From positions 1-61,258 of IMG/VR virus record IMGVR_UViG_3300035204_001041: a stretch of 61,258 bases of DNA. One strand, 5' to 3'. The first letter of the stretch is position 1. Each line of letters opens with the position of its first letter. A program made the translations under genes and the position numbers. Source of the DNA: a virus (Duplodnaviria > Caudoviricetes). The notes below the pieces were generated by a model. That model made no database searches. It had not been told where the DNA came from and saw nothing but the letters and a program-made list of their open reading frames with translations. Shown here in pieces: positions 8,514 to 17,436 of this stretch.

Positions 8514-8709
8514 AGTTGATTACAGCGAAGGCCTTGTTATGAATCCTTACTGCATGTTCTGCTTGTCTTTTAGTTTCAAACTCACCGAGCAACTTATCTT
8601 TAGGCTCGATGTCACCTCGATGTCCCCAACCTATCCCCCAGTTACCATTCGGTAGTTGGTAGGCGAAACATACGAGGCTCACACCTCTTTGGTTCCTACT
8701 GGGCATCAA
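8503..8709 (-). CDS. Hypothetical protein
   Basis: 68-aa ORF, overlap-coupled. Confidence 0.65.
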   Translation of the reverse strand: MMPSRNQRGVSLVCFAYQLPNGNWGIGWGHRGDIEPKDKLLGEFETKRQAEHAVRIHNKAFAVINYEG

Positions 8710-9068
8710 AGCACCTCACCGACTTTGATCCACTTGGTCTGAGGTTCCCACGTTTCAATCAAGTAGGCATCACTAAACCATGGCTTCTCCGGGTCGTATT
8801 GAAAGCTGTGGTTCGCGCAGCGAAGAACAAGCTCTTTGGTTGTAATCCCAGGCGTTGTATCTACGGCGGTAATCTTGACGTGTTCTCCCACCCAACGGAT
8901 GTCGCTTAGCTTAGAAATGTTGTACTGCTCTTTCCAAGATTGGAGTGATGAGCGGATAAGCTCATTGCAGTAGCGCCTCGCGCTCCCGTAGGACGTAAAG
9001 TATATAGTCCCACAGGAGTTAGTCGGCGCGTCAAATGCGGACGTAAACTCTACTAGAAAAAACCTCAT
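8706..9068 (-). CDS. Hypothetical protein
   Basis: Start placed at ATG 9068 behind GAGGTG. Confidence 0.7.
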   Translation of the reverse strand: MRFFLVEFTSAFDAPTNSCGTIYFTSYGSARRYCNELIRSSLQSWKEQYNISKLSDIRWVGEHVKITAVDTTPGITTKELVLRCANHSFQYDPEKPWFSDAYLIETWEPQTKWIKVGEVL

Positions 9069-9069
9069 T

Positions 9070-9735
9070 TTAATCCACCTCTTTTTCAAAGTTCTCAAGC
9101 GTTTCAGTCAACTCAATAAATACGTTCATCTTGTCAGCGGCAGCACCGTCTACGAGCACACGATGAACATGGTCCTTGGCGTCCTCCTCGCTATCATTCA
9201 ACTCTTGCCGCAAGTACCGATACAAGTAGCCAGGAAGCACCTCTTTCTTGAGGTTGTTGGGGAACTCTTCCAAGTACCTCACCATCTGGTACTTGGTGTA
9301 GACCCGCGTGCAGTCATTTAGGACTACCTTTGTTGTCGGGTAATCATCAGGCAAATGGCTAATCAGCCTCATGATCGTTGCAGGCGGTTCATGCCAAGCA
9401 AGAAGCTCAGTCTTCAGTGCTGTTTGGTTCTCAGCACAAAGGCCGCGCTGGAAGTCTTGGATCGCCTCATCAGTTCCGCAATCGCTACAAACCATTGTAT
9501 CGTTATCTCTGCGGGACAATGCGTTTGCGTGCCATTCAACAGCATTCAGTTTCTTCTCACCACATCTCGGGCAATCAGCGCAATATGAAGTCTCGTGCGC
9601 TTCTTCAACCATCACCGCGCATTCTGACTGAATGACCGGGTGCCACATTGGTGAGATCTGATCTCCTGGCGTGTAGTTTTCACGCGCCCAACGGCGGAAC
9701 TTTGCTTTTTCTTCTTTGTTTAGTTTACGGAACAT
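9070..9735 (-). CDS. Mosaic hypothetical protein with Zn-finger segment (CPRC...NALSR...CSDC)
   Basis: 221 aa, GTAGGAGG RBS, directly after the promoter at 9767. Confidence 0.8.
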   Translation of the reverse strand: MFRKLNKEEKAKFRRWARENYTPGDQISPMWHPVIQSECAVMVEEAHETSYCADCPRCGEKKLNAVEWHANALSRRDNDTMVCSDCGTDEAIQDFQRGLCAENQTALKTELLAWHEPPATIMRLISHLPDDYPTTKVVLNDCTRVYTKYQMVRYLEEFPNNLKKEVLPGYLYRYLRQELNDSEEDAKDHVHRVLVDGAAADKMNVFIELTETLENFEKEVD

Positions 9736-9766
9736 TATTTAGTGGCCTCCTACCTCCACTGTTTAT

Positions 9767-9830
9767 AATATACCACGGGGCTGGTTAGAGCGAAAGCTCA
9801 TAGTTAGCCAAATAGCAAGTTTGTGCGACC
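9767..9830 (-). promoter_or_regulatory. Phage promoter, family member 5
   Basis: CTAACC...CGTGGTATATT (extended -10); upstream GGTCGCACAAA. Confidence 0.75.
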
Positions 9831-9833
9831 CGC

Positions 9834-9992
9834 CTATATCTTGTCATAGTCCTTTGGAAGAATGACTAATGAAGCAACGTATGCAGCCACAATGATTGGC
9901 CAAAATAGACCAAGCAGCCTGACTGGGGCAATGAATGCATCACCCCAATCAAGAGCATTGAGAAAGAAGACTTGGCTAAACAACGATCCCAT
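9834..9992 (-). CDS. Small membrane protein
   Basis: 52 aa from MGSLFSQ; hydrophobic C-terminal half. Confidence 0.55.
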   Translation of the reverse strand: MGSLFSQVFFLNALDWGDAFIAPVRLLGLFWPIIVAAYVASLVILPKDYDKI

Positions 9993-10605
9993 CTTCTTCC
10001 CCTTCTGGTGGCCAAGACCAGCCACCCTCAAATGCGAGATCGTGCCACACGTTTCGCCAGTTGTCGTAATGCCTGAACCACTCAATAGAGTTGAGCGTTT
10101 CCTCCTCAACCATGCAGAACTCACGAGACAAGCGTGATGCTTCCATAAGTCTCTTATGCAGCCCTTCTAAATCATGGACACAAACCTTGTCGTAGTCTGT
10201 GACGAGCTTCACTATCAGATCGGTAATGGTGTCTACAAGTGGATCAATGGCGGAGCAGTGTCGGTCTAACAACTCATTGTTGCCGTCTTCACTACTGAGA
10301 ACCCCGGCAGCATACTCCCATGGAACTGACTGTAATGGCGCGAGCGCTGAAGGCAAAATCTTCACAGAGGCAGGGTAGTTCTTTAGCTCAAAGAAAACCG
10401 GCTCTACAGCGGTAGCAATACCCCTGACGACCTGGGCGATTGAAAGCCCAACCAAATGATAAGTATTGTCGCACTCGCCATAGTAACAGCCCCTACATCG
10501 TGCCATTGACCAGTGCATAGTCTTAGGATCTACTGGCAAGACATAAGGTTCATCTTTGAACCAGCCCTTTACCTCTACAAACTGTCGCTTCAACGCTAAC
10601 TCCAC
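9976..10605 (-). CDS. Hypothetical protein
   Basis: 209-aa ORF, GTG start after GAGGAG. Confidence 0.75.
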   Translation of the reverse strand: MELALKRQFVEVKGWFKDEPYVLPVDPKTMHWSMARCRGCYYGECDNTYHLVGLSIAQVVRGIATAVEPVFFELKNYPASVKILPSALAPLQSVPWEYAAGVLSSEDGNNELLDRHCSAIDPLVDTITDLIVKLVTDYDKVCVHDLEGLHKRLMEASRLSREFCMVEEETLNSIEWFRHYDNWRNVWHDLAFEGGWSWPPEGEEDGIVV

Positions 10606-10609
10606 TTTT

Positions 10610-10867
10610 CTACTCCTCGGCTACATCAGCCTCTTCTAGTTGTTCTATTGTTTCCTCAAGTGTTGTAGAGGCTTTACCAACCCAATGGGTTTCATTGCTT
10701 AGCGCCATTTCTATGCTCGCATTCCAACCACGATATGCAGCATCCCTATTGATCACATCTGAGCACCCATTGACAATCCACATCGCTTCGTCTCTAAGCG
10801 CTTCCATTGTCTGGCGGATTTCCTCTAAACGATTTGCTGCTGCTTCAATGGCTTGGCGTTTTTCCAT
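10610..10867 (-). CDS. Hypothetical helical protein
   Basis: 85 aa; GTAGGAGGGCAAC-ATG leader. Confidence 0.8.
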   Translation of the reverse strand: MEKRQAIEAAANRLEEIRQTMEALRDEAMWIVNGCSDVINRDAAYRGWNASIEMALSNETHWVGKASTTLEETIEQLEEADVAEE

Positions 10868-10886
10868 GTTGCCCTCCTACCATATA

Positions 10887-10939
10887 AATATACCACGGGC
10901 ACGGTTAGATGTACAGTTCCAAAGTAAACCTTTACGACA
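10887..10939 (-). promoter_or_regulatory. Phage promoter, family member 6
   Basis: TCTAACCGTGCCCGTGG-TATATT; upstream TGTCGTAAA. Confidence 0.75.
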
Positions 10940-11450
10940 GGTGAACCAGGCTTTCTAAGTACCCATCTCGTCCGAACTGAACACCAATCATGCTCAACTC
11001 ACCAAGCCCTAAACTGGCGCTTCCAGAAGCCGATTTACGACCAAGTTGCTTCTGCATATGCCAGCGCTCCCACACGGGTCGCAATCGTTCCCAGGGCAAT
11101 GTCCAGTAGGTCTTGCTCGGCTTGTGGTGCAAGATGACTGCGCTCAACCCCTCTTGCTTAGACCATTGCGTCATTCGTATTGCCTGGTGCTCATGCAAGT
11201 TCTTCAATGCCCACCTTGGGCCAGAACACTCTTTGGCCTCAATCATGACTGGGGAACCGTTGGTCAACAGCACATAGTCAGGCGGCCCTTCTTTCTCGTA
11301 GCAGGCCACAAATGTCCCACCACTCGCTTTTCTAAGTATGCGCATGGGGGGCGGTGTCCTAATGACGACCGCACGACCCTGCGCCTCATAGCGAGCATGG
11401 TACATCTCTAAATGCTGTTCCCAGGCTTTACCCCTGTTCGCGTGGCTCAC
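10932..11450 (-). CDS. recU: RecU-like Holliday junction resolvase (PD-(D/E)XK fold)
   Basis: ANRGKAWE N-terminus, PPDY, IEAKE and NLHEHQ motifs follow the RecU pattern. Confidence 0.8.
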   Translation of the reverse strand: MSHANRGKAWEQHLEMYHARYEAQGRAVVIRTPPPMRILRKASGGTFVACYEKEGPPDYVLLTNGSPVMIEAKECSGPRWALKNLHEHQAIRMTQWSKQEGLSAVILHHKPSKTYWTLPWERLRPVWERWHMQKQLGRKSASGSASLGLGELSMIGVQFGRDGYLESLVHLS

Positions 11451-11754
11451 TGTCTCTCCTGCGCCGACGCTTGATGTAAATCCGGTCTGAGTTGATTACG
11501 ATCTCTTTATTCAACTCTGCTGCCAGCATGACCAACGCAGCCCATGAAGGCCGCCTACCATCTGATCCTGTCTTCCACTGCGAACATTGCTGCGGCTTGA
11601 TGCCCAGGTGGGCAGCGAGATCGCGGTTCGATGCTTTAGGGTTCTTCTCCAACCAAATCGTGGCAAGCTCGCCAAAAATGTGATTGACAGGAAGCGTTCT
11701 TGAATGTTCAGACATAAGGCTCAACAAAAGGTTTGGTTCTGTATTTTCGCTCAT
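11428..11754 (-). CDS. XRE/Cro-type HTH DNA-binding protein
   Basis: SNRDLAAHLGIKPQQCSQWKTG...RPS. Confidence 0.75.
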   Translation of the reverse strand: MSENTEPNLLLSLMSEHSRTLPVNHIFGELATIWLEKNPKASNRDLAAHLGIKPQQCSQWKTGSDGRRPSWAALVMLAAELNKEIVINSDRIYIKRRRRRDSEPREQG

Positions 11755-12236
11755 GGCGATCTCCTTTCTACTTTATTGGCAAAGCGTAAAACTCTCTTTC
11801 GTGAAGAGAAGGCAGTAATGCCAAGCCTTGCTTCTGTTTCTTTTCCGCTAAGCCCCTCAAACTTAGCGAATACTGAATCCCATTCACCTTCAGTTGCTAA
11901 AGGGCGAATGATTGCTATTTCAGCAGCGGCATGCATACGGCCTTGAGGGTTGCTGCTGTCTTTAGGTTCGATCTCAATCAGTGCATGGCTGTTTCGTTTT
12001 TCACTACTTCTTAGATCTGAACACACAGCGCGAACCTGCCAGTAAAGCCAGGTCTTTGCTGTGCCTTTGTCAGCATCAAAGTTCTTTAGCTTTTCCACAA
12101 CCCTGATCATCAGGGCGCTGTGTATGTCTTCAAACTCTAACGCTGACTTGCGTGCCTCTTTCAATGCTGTGTTCTTTATCAACGCAGCATTCTGTAAGAC
12201 CCAAGCCCACTCTTTAGCGTTGCTTCCATGATCCAT
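11751..12236 (-). CDS. Phage sigma-70-family (ECF-sized) sigma factor
   Basis: Region 2-like EDIHSALMIRVVEKLKNFDADKGTAKTWLYWQVR plus C-terminal HTH GLSGKETEARLGIT; start placed at 12236 behind GGAG. Confidence 0.75.
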   Translation of the reverse strand: MDHGSNAKEWAWVLQNAALIKNTALKEARKSALEFEDIHSALMIRVVEKLKNFDADKGTAKTWLYWQVRAVCSDLRSSEKRNSHALIEIEPKDSSNPQGRMHAAAEIAIIRPLATEGEWDSVFAKFEGLSGKETEARLGITAFSSRKRVLRFANKVERRSP

Positions 12237-12348
12237 TTTGTCTCCCGGTTTCTTTATCTTTCTGTGCGGCACCAGCAGCGAAACCCCAGCCAAGGCCACA
12301 GAAGACCCCCATGATGTACGCTGCAATGAAAATCTGTGCTGTACTCAT
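12214..12348 (-). CDS. 44-aa single-TM micropeptide (MSTAQIFIAAYIMGVFCGLGWGFAAGAAQK...)
   Basis: Translated by hand; ATGA overlap with the rmlC stop. Confidence 0.55.
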   Translation of the reverse strand: MSTAQIFIAAYIMGVFCGLGWGFAAGAAQKDKETGRQNGSWKQR

Positions 12349-12935
12349 CCGTCTACACTCCTGTTCCAGTTGAACTCTTCATGCGAGTGGGGATCAGCCC
12401 TCCACTCATCGGTTCCGTCATATTCGTGGCTTACAAGGTTTAGAACCCAAGCCTCTTCGTTGCCCAATGCCTTCCACCCATGGACTACTCCAGGGGGAAT
12501 ACAAACTGTTTCTGGTGATCTGGTCGCCTCAAGCACCTTCGTTTCAAAGGTAAACAAAGGCCTGTCGTTCATAAATGCTTTCCTGGCATCCCAGGTCACA
12601 AGCATGATCTTGCCACGCACGCAAAAGAATCTATCTGTCTGCTTCAAGTGGCAGTGCCAGCCTTTTACGACGCCCGGTAGGGTCGTGCTCACATATGCTT
12701 GGCCTACTGCACGGTCAGAATTGTTGAATTCCCAAGAAGCCCTCCAAAGCTCTATTAGGGAACCCCTTGTGTCTGTGTGCCACTTCAATGGAAAGCTTGG
12801 TGCCTGCTCACCTTCTGCGTCCGGGAAATGTATCCCCTTGATCGGCGCATCGTGAGCTTGCTTATAACCAAGACCACCCAGGAACTTCTTGAAAGAAGCG
12901 CACGTTGTATCAAGCAAATTTACATCTATCTTCAT
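12345..12935 (-). CDS. rmlC: dTDP-4-dehydrorhamnose 3,5-epimerase (RmlC/RfbC-like cupin)
   Basis: HTDTRGSLIE, PGVVKGWHCH, QTDRF and IPPGVVHGW motifs. Confidence 0.85.
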   Translation of the reverse strand: MKIDVNLLDTTCASFKKFLGGLGYKQAHDAPIKGIHFPDAEGEQAPSFPLKWHTDTRGSLIELWRASWEFNNSDRAVGQAYVSTTLPGVVKGWHCHLKQTDRFFCVRGKIMLVTWDARKAFMNDRPLFTFETKVLEATRSPETVCIPPGVVHGWKALGNEEAWVLNLVSHEYDGTDEWRADPHSHEEFNWNRSVDG

Positions 12936-13345
12936 GGGTGAACTAACCTAATAGGGATGATTTCAATGGATGGTGGTTCGTTATAAATCTCTTGCCACCT
13001 GTTTCTAAGCACAGCGTAGACATTGCCTTTCGCGGTAGGGCCGCCTTTAAGAATCGCCCACATCCCGGCTTCAGCAGCCCAGCGCACATCGGGATCTTGC
13101 AAGGCGCTCGCGTATAGTGCCCTCAAACGGCGATCTAAGCGCGTCCAGCGGTTGGCCCACCGTGCAACCCTGGCAAGATCGGTGTGAGCTACACAGCCGC
13201 CTTCTGACAGGGCCATACGCACGTCCTCAATAAAAGCCCCAACAGGCTCCCAGTGAGACAAATCTTCAACTTGCGACACAAGGGTCAGCAGAGCCATACG
13301 ACTTGCAGTTTCGTTCGCTGCCCAACGCTCATCAAGGGATGACAC
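12932..13345 (-). CDS. Hypothetical protein
   Basis: Start placed at GTG 13345 behind GAGGAGGTG. Confidence 0.7.
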   Translation of the reverse strand: MSSLDERWAANETASRMALLTLVSQVEDLSHWEPVGAFIEDVRMALSEGGCVAHTDLARVARWANRWTRLDRRLRALYASALQDPDVRWAAEAGMWAILKGGPTAKGNVYAVLRNRWQEIYNEPPSIEIIPIRLVHP

Positions 13346-14861
13346 TTGCCACCTCCTCTTCGCGTGAGATCTGGTCCACATCAACGATCTTGTCGCACAG
13401 TTGGTTCAGCGCATATGAAAAGCTCCCGCCACCAACCGCAAGACCATAAACCCTCGTATTGTTCTCTTCCTTGGCCCACTCAAGCTTCTCCATAACTGAT
13501 GGGCTGATCTCCGCTTCACCGTCAGTAACGATCAGGAAGTCTGATTTTGAAGAGTACAGGTTTAGCTCAGCATTCAAAGTAATCGCTGCCTCAAAGGGCG
13601 CGTCAAAAGAAGTGCCGCCCTGAAACCGCATGCTGGTCAGTGCAATGCATACTTGGGGAGCACCACCCTCAAGCTTGGTGCTTTCCGTCAGCTTCTTCAC
13701 GTCGTACTCAAAGGCTTCGCCTTTAGCGTTGATCGAGTAAACGAAAGTCACCCGCCTATTGAAGCCAATGAAGGTAATGGGGCGCTTTTCTTTCTGTGCG
13801 ACTCCCGCACAACTCAACGCGATAGCTGAAGCCCACAATCCTGCATCGCATGAATCCATGCTTCCGCTGGTGTCAACCATTACGATCATTGGCCCACGGC
13901 CTTCTTTCTTTACACCTTCCATGCGGTACTCAGCCATCTTGCGCTCGGCAAGCTTAGCAAGCTGATAGGTCCTCATCTGTGGCACTTTCAGCATTGCCAT
14001 TTCGCTTGGCAGCATACGCATGAAGTCATCGCCACGAGTCACACCAGTAATGACACCAACACCGCTCGGATCTCTTTCTTTACGGGAAGCCTCTGACAAC
14101 CGGCGCAACCTTCCAGCAAGCTTCATCAACTTCTTTAGGCGCTCATTTCGGCTAAGCTTCTTTGCCAACTCAAGGCGCGTATTGTCTTGCTGCGCAAACA
14201 TCGCAGGGGCTTGGTCATAACCAGGCTTCAGCCCAGCCATTGCTGACTTCACTTCTGCCGCCTCTTGGCCTGCATCATTGCAAGCTGACCTCATTGCTGC
14301 ACGAAACTCATCTGTTCCAGAAGGGGTTTGCTCCTGGCCTGCTGGTGAAGGCGGCATCCCTAAAAGCTCTTGTGCCTTTCTCTTTTGCTCTTGCTTCTTC
14401 TCTTCCTTCATACCCTCAAGCAACGAAGGCAAAGCCTTATTGAAGGCTTCCATCATCTTTCCGGTAGCCAGCGCAGTGATGTCAGGATCGCCCTGGACTT
14501 GCCTACGCAATGATTCAAACTCTGGCAATGAAGAGATAAGCTCGTGCGCACGCTGAGTAACCTCAGTTCCAGTACCGGGGTTCTCAACTTGCTCTAAGTC
14601 CCTGGAAGAGTAAAGCTTAGAAAACACCTCTTTAGTCGTTCCCTCGCTAACCCGGCTTATACGCTGAGCTTCTTTAGCGAAATCAACGCCAGTGTTGGAA
14701 CCCAACACATCCCCTTTCAAGATATTAGACATCCTGGTAACTGAAATGCCAAGTTCAGGCACCGACTGGATGCGGCTCTCACTTAGGTAGTGGAGCCACT
14801 TATCCAAGCGCAGGGTCAGGTCTAGATCCTGAGTACTATTATCCCACTCTGAAAAGCTCAT
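13332..14861 (-). CDS. VWA-domain protein (ViaA-like MoxR partner)
   Basis: MIDAS motif VDTSGSM, GGTSF, LIVTDGE; ViaA-like GVTRGDD..RMLPSE segment. Confidence 0.9.
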   Translation of the reverse strand: MSFSEWDNSTQDLDLTLRLDKWLHYLSESRIQSVPELGISVTRMSNILKGDVLGSNTGVDFAKEAQRISRVSEGTTKEVFSKLYSSRDLEQVENPGTGTEVTQRAHELISSLPEFESLRRQVQGDPDITALATGKMMEAFNKALPSLLEGMKEEKKQEQKRKAQELLGMPPSPAGQEQTPSGTDEFRAAMRSACNDAGQEAAEVKSAMAGLKPGYDQAPAMFAQQDNTRLELAKKLSRNERLKKLMKLAGRLRRLSEASRKERDPSGVGVITGVTRGDDFMRMLPSEMAMLKVPQMRTYQLAKLAERKMAEYRMEGVKKEGRGPMIVMVDTSGSMDSCDAGLWASAIALSCAGVAQKEKRPITFIGFNRRVTFVYSINAKGEAFEYDVKKLTESTKLEGGAPQVCIALTSMRFQGGTSFDAPFEAAITLNAELNLYSSKSDFLIVTDGEAEISPSVMEKLEWAKEENNTRVYGLAVGGGSFSYALNQLCDKIVDVDQISREEEVASVIP

Positions 14862-14881
14862 TGTTATCTCCTACTGATAAC

Positions 14882-14933
14882 AGTATACCACGCGCCGCGT
14901 TAGAAGAAAACTTCACGCGGCATTAAGTATGAC
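14882..14933 (-). promoter_or_regulatory. Phage promoter, family member 7
   Basis: TCTAACGCGGCGCGTGG-TATACT; upstream GTCATAC. Confidence 0.7.
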
Positions 14934-16141
14934 TACTTGATACCGTATGCTCCGGTGTTCTTGGCAATAGCCCTTGCAACTGATTTCTGCATGGCGACAA
15001 GCTTATCAACAGCCACCTTGTACTCGTAATCATTCAAGTCAATCGCACTTGAATCCGCGATACGCTCAAGCTCTGTTTGGCCCATCTTGATGACTTGAAG
15101 TACAGCACCAAGGTGGTCAACGCCAGGAGCCTTGAGATCACAGTCGCGGTAACGCTGAGTCACGCCATCCATAACCTTGGCAACCTTCACGATTCCAGGG
15201 CATGCATGGTTCGCTACCGCTTCATACACTACCGGGCGATCTTCATGGCGGTTCCACATCACTCGCGTCAACACCATTAGATCTCTATCCGTTGCGATAG
15301 TGCGGCCTTCAAGCACTGCATGCGCTTTCACCGCTGCAAGACATTGTGCCCAACGACGATCACTCAGCTTCACGCCAGACTTGATCTCCAAGCTATCCCA
15401 AATGTCCAACATGGTTTCAATCACGCTTTCAGGGATCACAACCTTTGATGTCACTTCTTGAAGAAGCTCTCTCGTTTCCACACTCATCTGCTCGCTTACA
15501 TCTGGCTTAGCCCCATTGCGGGACATCATAAGAAGCTCGCGGCGTGCCCCACGGTCACTAAGGTAATCCGTCCACTCCCTAAACATGAAGCGATCATAAA
15601 GAGCATCTAGAATGCTTGACTGTGGGTACTCGTTTGAGCAGCCAATAATCGTCTCAAGAGGCATACCGATACGATCTGCGCCTTGGTCAAACTCCCGCTC
15701 CTCAGCGGCAGTGAGCAATGCATTCAGGATTGGATCGGATCCCTTGAAGATTTCATCCTTCAAAGCAAACTTCGCATGCGGCAGAAAGCCGTCCGTCTTG
15801 CGCACATACTCACCCTTCTCAAACTTGCCGAAGTCCAGCGGGCCAAACAAGTCTTCAGGAAGAGTAAAAGCAGTAATCAAGCGCTTGAATACATCATCCC
15901 CTTGGAAGTTGAAAGCCTTGGCGATCAAGTAAAACATCGTTGTTTTCGCCGTACCCGGAGGCCCAAGGAAAAGAACGTGCCGCTTGCAAAGAAGCGCCAT
16001 GATCGCGCTATCAATCTCTTGGTTCCTATTGATCAGCGCTGACTTCAGTTCTGTACGAACCGTCATCAAAGATTGGTATGCGTCGTGGGCAGGCAAATCG
16101 CCCCCGAGCAAGTTGTGAGTTTCAAGGTTCTTAGTACCCAT
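14933..16141 (-). CDS. MoxR-family AAA+ ATPase (RavA-like)
   Basis: Walker A GPPGTAKT, EDLFGP, Walker B DEIFK, SNE, ALYDRF, SDRRW. Confidence 0.92.
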   Translation of the reverse strand: MGTKNLETHNLLGGDLPAHDAYQSLMTVRTELKSALINRNQEIDSAIMALLCKRHVLFLGPPGTAKTTMFYLIAKAFNFQGDDVFKRLITAFTLPEDLFGPLDFGKFEKGEYVRKTDGFLPHAKFALKDEIFKGSDPILNALLTAAEEREFDQGADRIGMPLETIIGCSNEYPQSSILDALYDRFMFREWTDYLSDRGARRELLMMSRNGAKPDVSEQMSVETRELLQEVTSKVVIPESVIETMLDIWDSLEIKSGVKLSDRRWAQCLAAVKAHAVLEGRTIATDRDLMVLTRVMWNRHEDRPVVYEAVANHACPGIVKVAKVMDGVTQRYRDCDLKAPGVDHLGAVLQVIKMGQTELERIADSSAIDLNDYEYKVAVDKLVAMQKSVARAIAKNTGAYGIK

Positions 16142-16174
16142 GATGCCCTCCTACCGGCTTAGGTTTCTAAAGTA

Positions 16175-16226
16175 ATTATAACACGGCAACGGTTAGATAA
16201 ATATCATAAAACAACTTTGTGCGACC
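16175..16226 (-). promoter_or_regulatory. Phage promoter, family member 8
   Basis: TCTAACCGTTGCCGTGT-TATAAT; upstream GGTCGCACAAA. Confidence 0.8.
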
Positions 16227-16240
16227 GCACCGCTCAGCAC

Positions 16241-16268
16241 AAGAAAAAGGGGGGCTTTCACCCCCCTC
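16241..16268 (-). terminator. Intrinsic terminator
   Basis: Minus strand: GGGGGG-TGAAAG-CCCCCC-TTTTTCTT. Confidence 0.85.
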
Positions 16269-16272
16269 AGTT

Positions 16273-17328
16273 CTATGCTGCGTTCAACGCTTCCATGTGA
16301 TCCGCAAGGTTATCAAGAAGCTCATTGTAGTCGGCAGGCGGCTCCTCACCGACAATGGCTGCGTATGATTGAAGGACTGTTGCCTTCTCAAGCAACTCCA
16401 GCGTTTCACGCACTGTCGGCTGCTTAGGTCCAGCATTTAGCTCTTCTTCTTTGAGATCAATCACCTCATTGGCTCGCACTTGCATCTCTTTGACCCGATC
16501 TTGAAGATCTCCCAAAGAAACAGAAAGCGCAGCCTCCATGGTGCTGGCTCGCTTGAGGATGTTCTCAAAGCGCCCCATGACGGTTTCAATGGTATCGCTA
16601 CGCACGCGGCGTGACATCTCCATCCAACCCTCAACTTGTTCACCAATGGCCTCAAGCTCATCGCCAAGTGACTCAGATACTCCAGCGGCAACCGGCTGTT
16701 CCCAGCCATGACCATCTGGAACAGATGCTACATGCAAGCTGAACGAATCCATGCCCGCAAGAGCCTGCTGTGCTTCTGCAACATTCGGCTCAAACTCAGT
16801 TGGGACAAAGTACCAACCTTTCTTGATCGAAAAGCCACAAGACCTTGAGAGCATCGGCATTACAATGCGGTCACGCACAGCGTTTCCATCGTAAAATGCC
16901 TGCTTGTGACTGATGCGCTTTCTAAGCTCATCAGCATAGGCCGAAAGCCCAGGATCAGCCCAGCTTCGTGCATGACGATCCCAAATAAGGGTTTCGTTCT
17001 GCCGCTTAGCTACTTCATCATCTGAAACTCGCTTATGAAATAGCAAGCCGATCTTAATATAGGCACCATCCTCAGCCACAACTTCAGCTTGGCAAATGGT
17101 TCTCTTGCCCTTCCGCTTACGGAACTCACGCACTGCTGCTTTCAAAGCAGTATCAGGATCAATATCAGGTACTTTCGTGTCATCTAAACCTGCCCTTGCG
17201 ACTCTTGCTCGCAACTCGTCTGGGGTGATGTAGCAGCTATTGAACTGCCACCATACGCTGAACCCAAGGCCCTTAGCCAAATCGCTAACGATGCCCTGTG
17301 CTCGACTATTTTGTTCTACGGTACTCAT
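16273..17328 (-). CDS. Coiled-coil protein resembling DUF3150/DUF6744-type MoxR-VWA-associated proteins
   Basis: LGFSVWW...ITPDEL N-terminus, GWYFVP, helical C-terminus; lies next to the AAA+ and VWA genes. Family name is tentative. Confidence 0.6.
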   Translation of the reverse strand: MSTVEQNSRAQGIVSDLAKGLGFSVWWQFNSCYITPDELRARVARAGLDDTKVPDIDPDTALKAAVREFRKRKGKRTICQAEVVAEDGAYIKIGLLFHKRVSDDEVAKRQNETLIWDRHARSWADPGLSAYADELRKRISHKQAFYDGNAVRDRIVMPMLSRSCGFSIKKGWYFVPTEFEPNVAEAQQALAGMDSFSLHVASVPDGHGWEQPVAAGVSESLGDELEAIGEQVEGWMEMSRRVRSDTIETVMGRFENILKRASTMEAALSVSLGDLQDRVKEMQVRANEVIDLKEEELNAGPKQPTVRETLELLEKATVLQSYAAIVGEEPPADYNELLDNLADHMEALNAA

Positions 17329-17377
17329 TTGATTACCCTCCTACAAGAAATAGCAGCACCATGCCGCCATCACATTT

Positions 17378-17430
17378 ATAATACCACGGGCACCGTTATA
17401 AACAACTTCAAAGGCTAACTTTGTGCGACA
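17378..17430 (-). promoter_or_regulatory. Phage promoter, family member 9
   Basis: TATAACGGTGCCCGTGG-TATTAT; upstream TGTCGCACAAA. Confidence 0.75.
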
Positions 17431-17436
17431 CCCCCT

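Noticed and set aside
10932-11450. Host assignment to Firmicutes from RecU and strong SD sequences
   Set aside because: RecU-like genes move among phages, and the lipoprotein/spanin-like genes point the other way; the host cannot be determined here.
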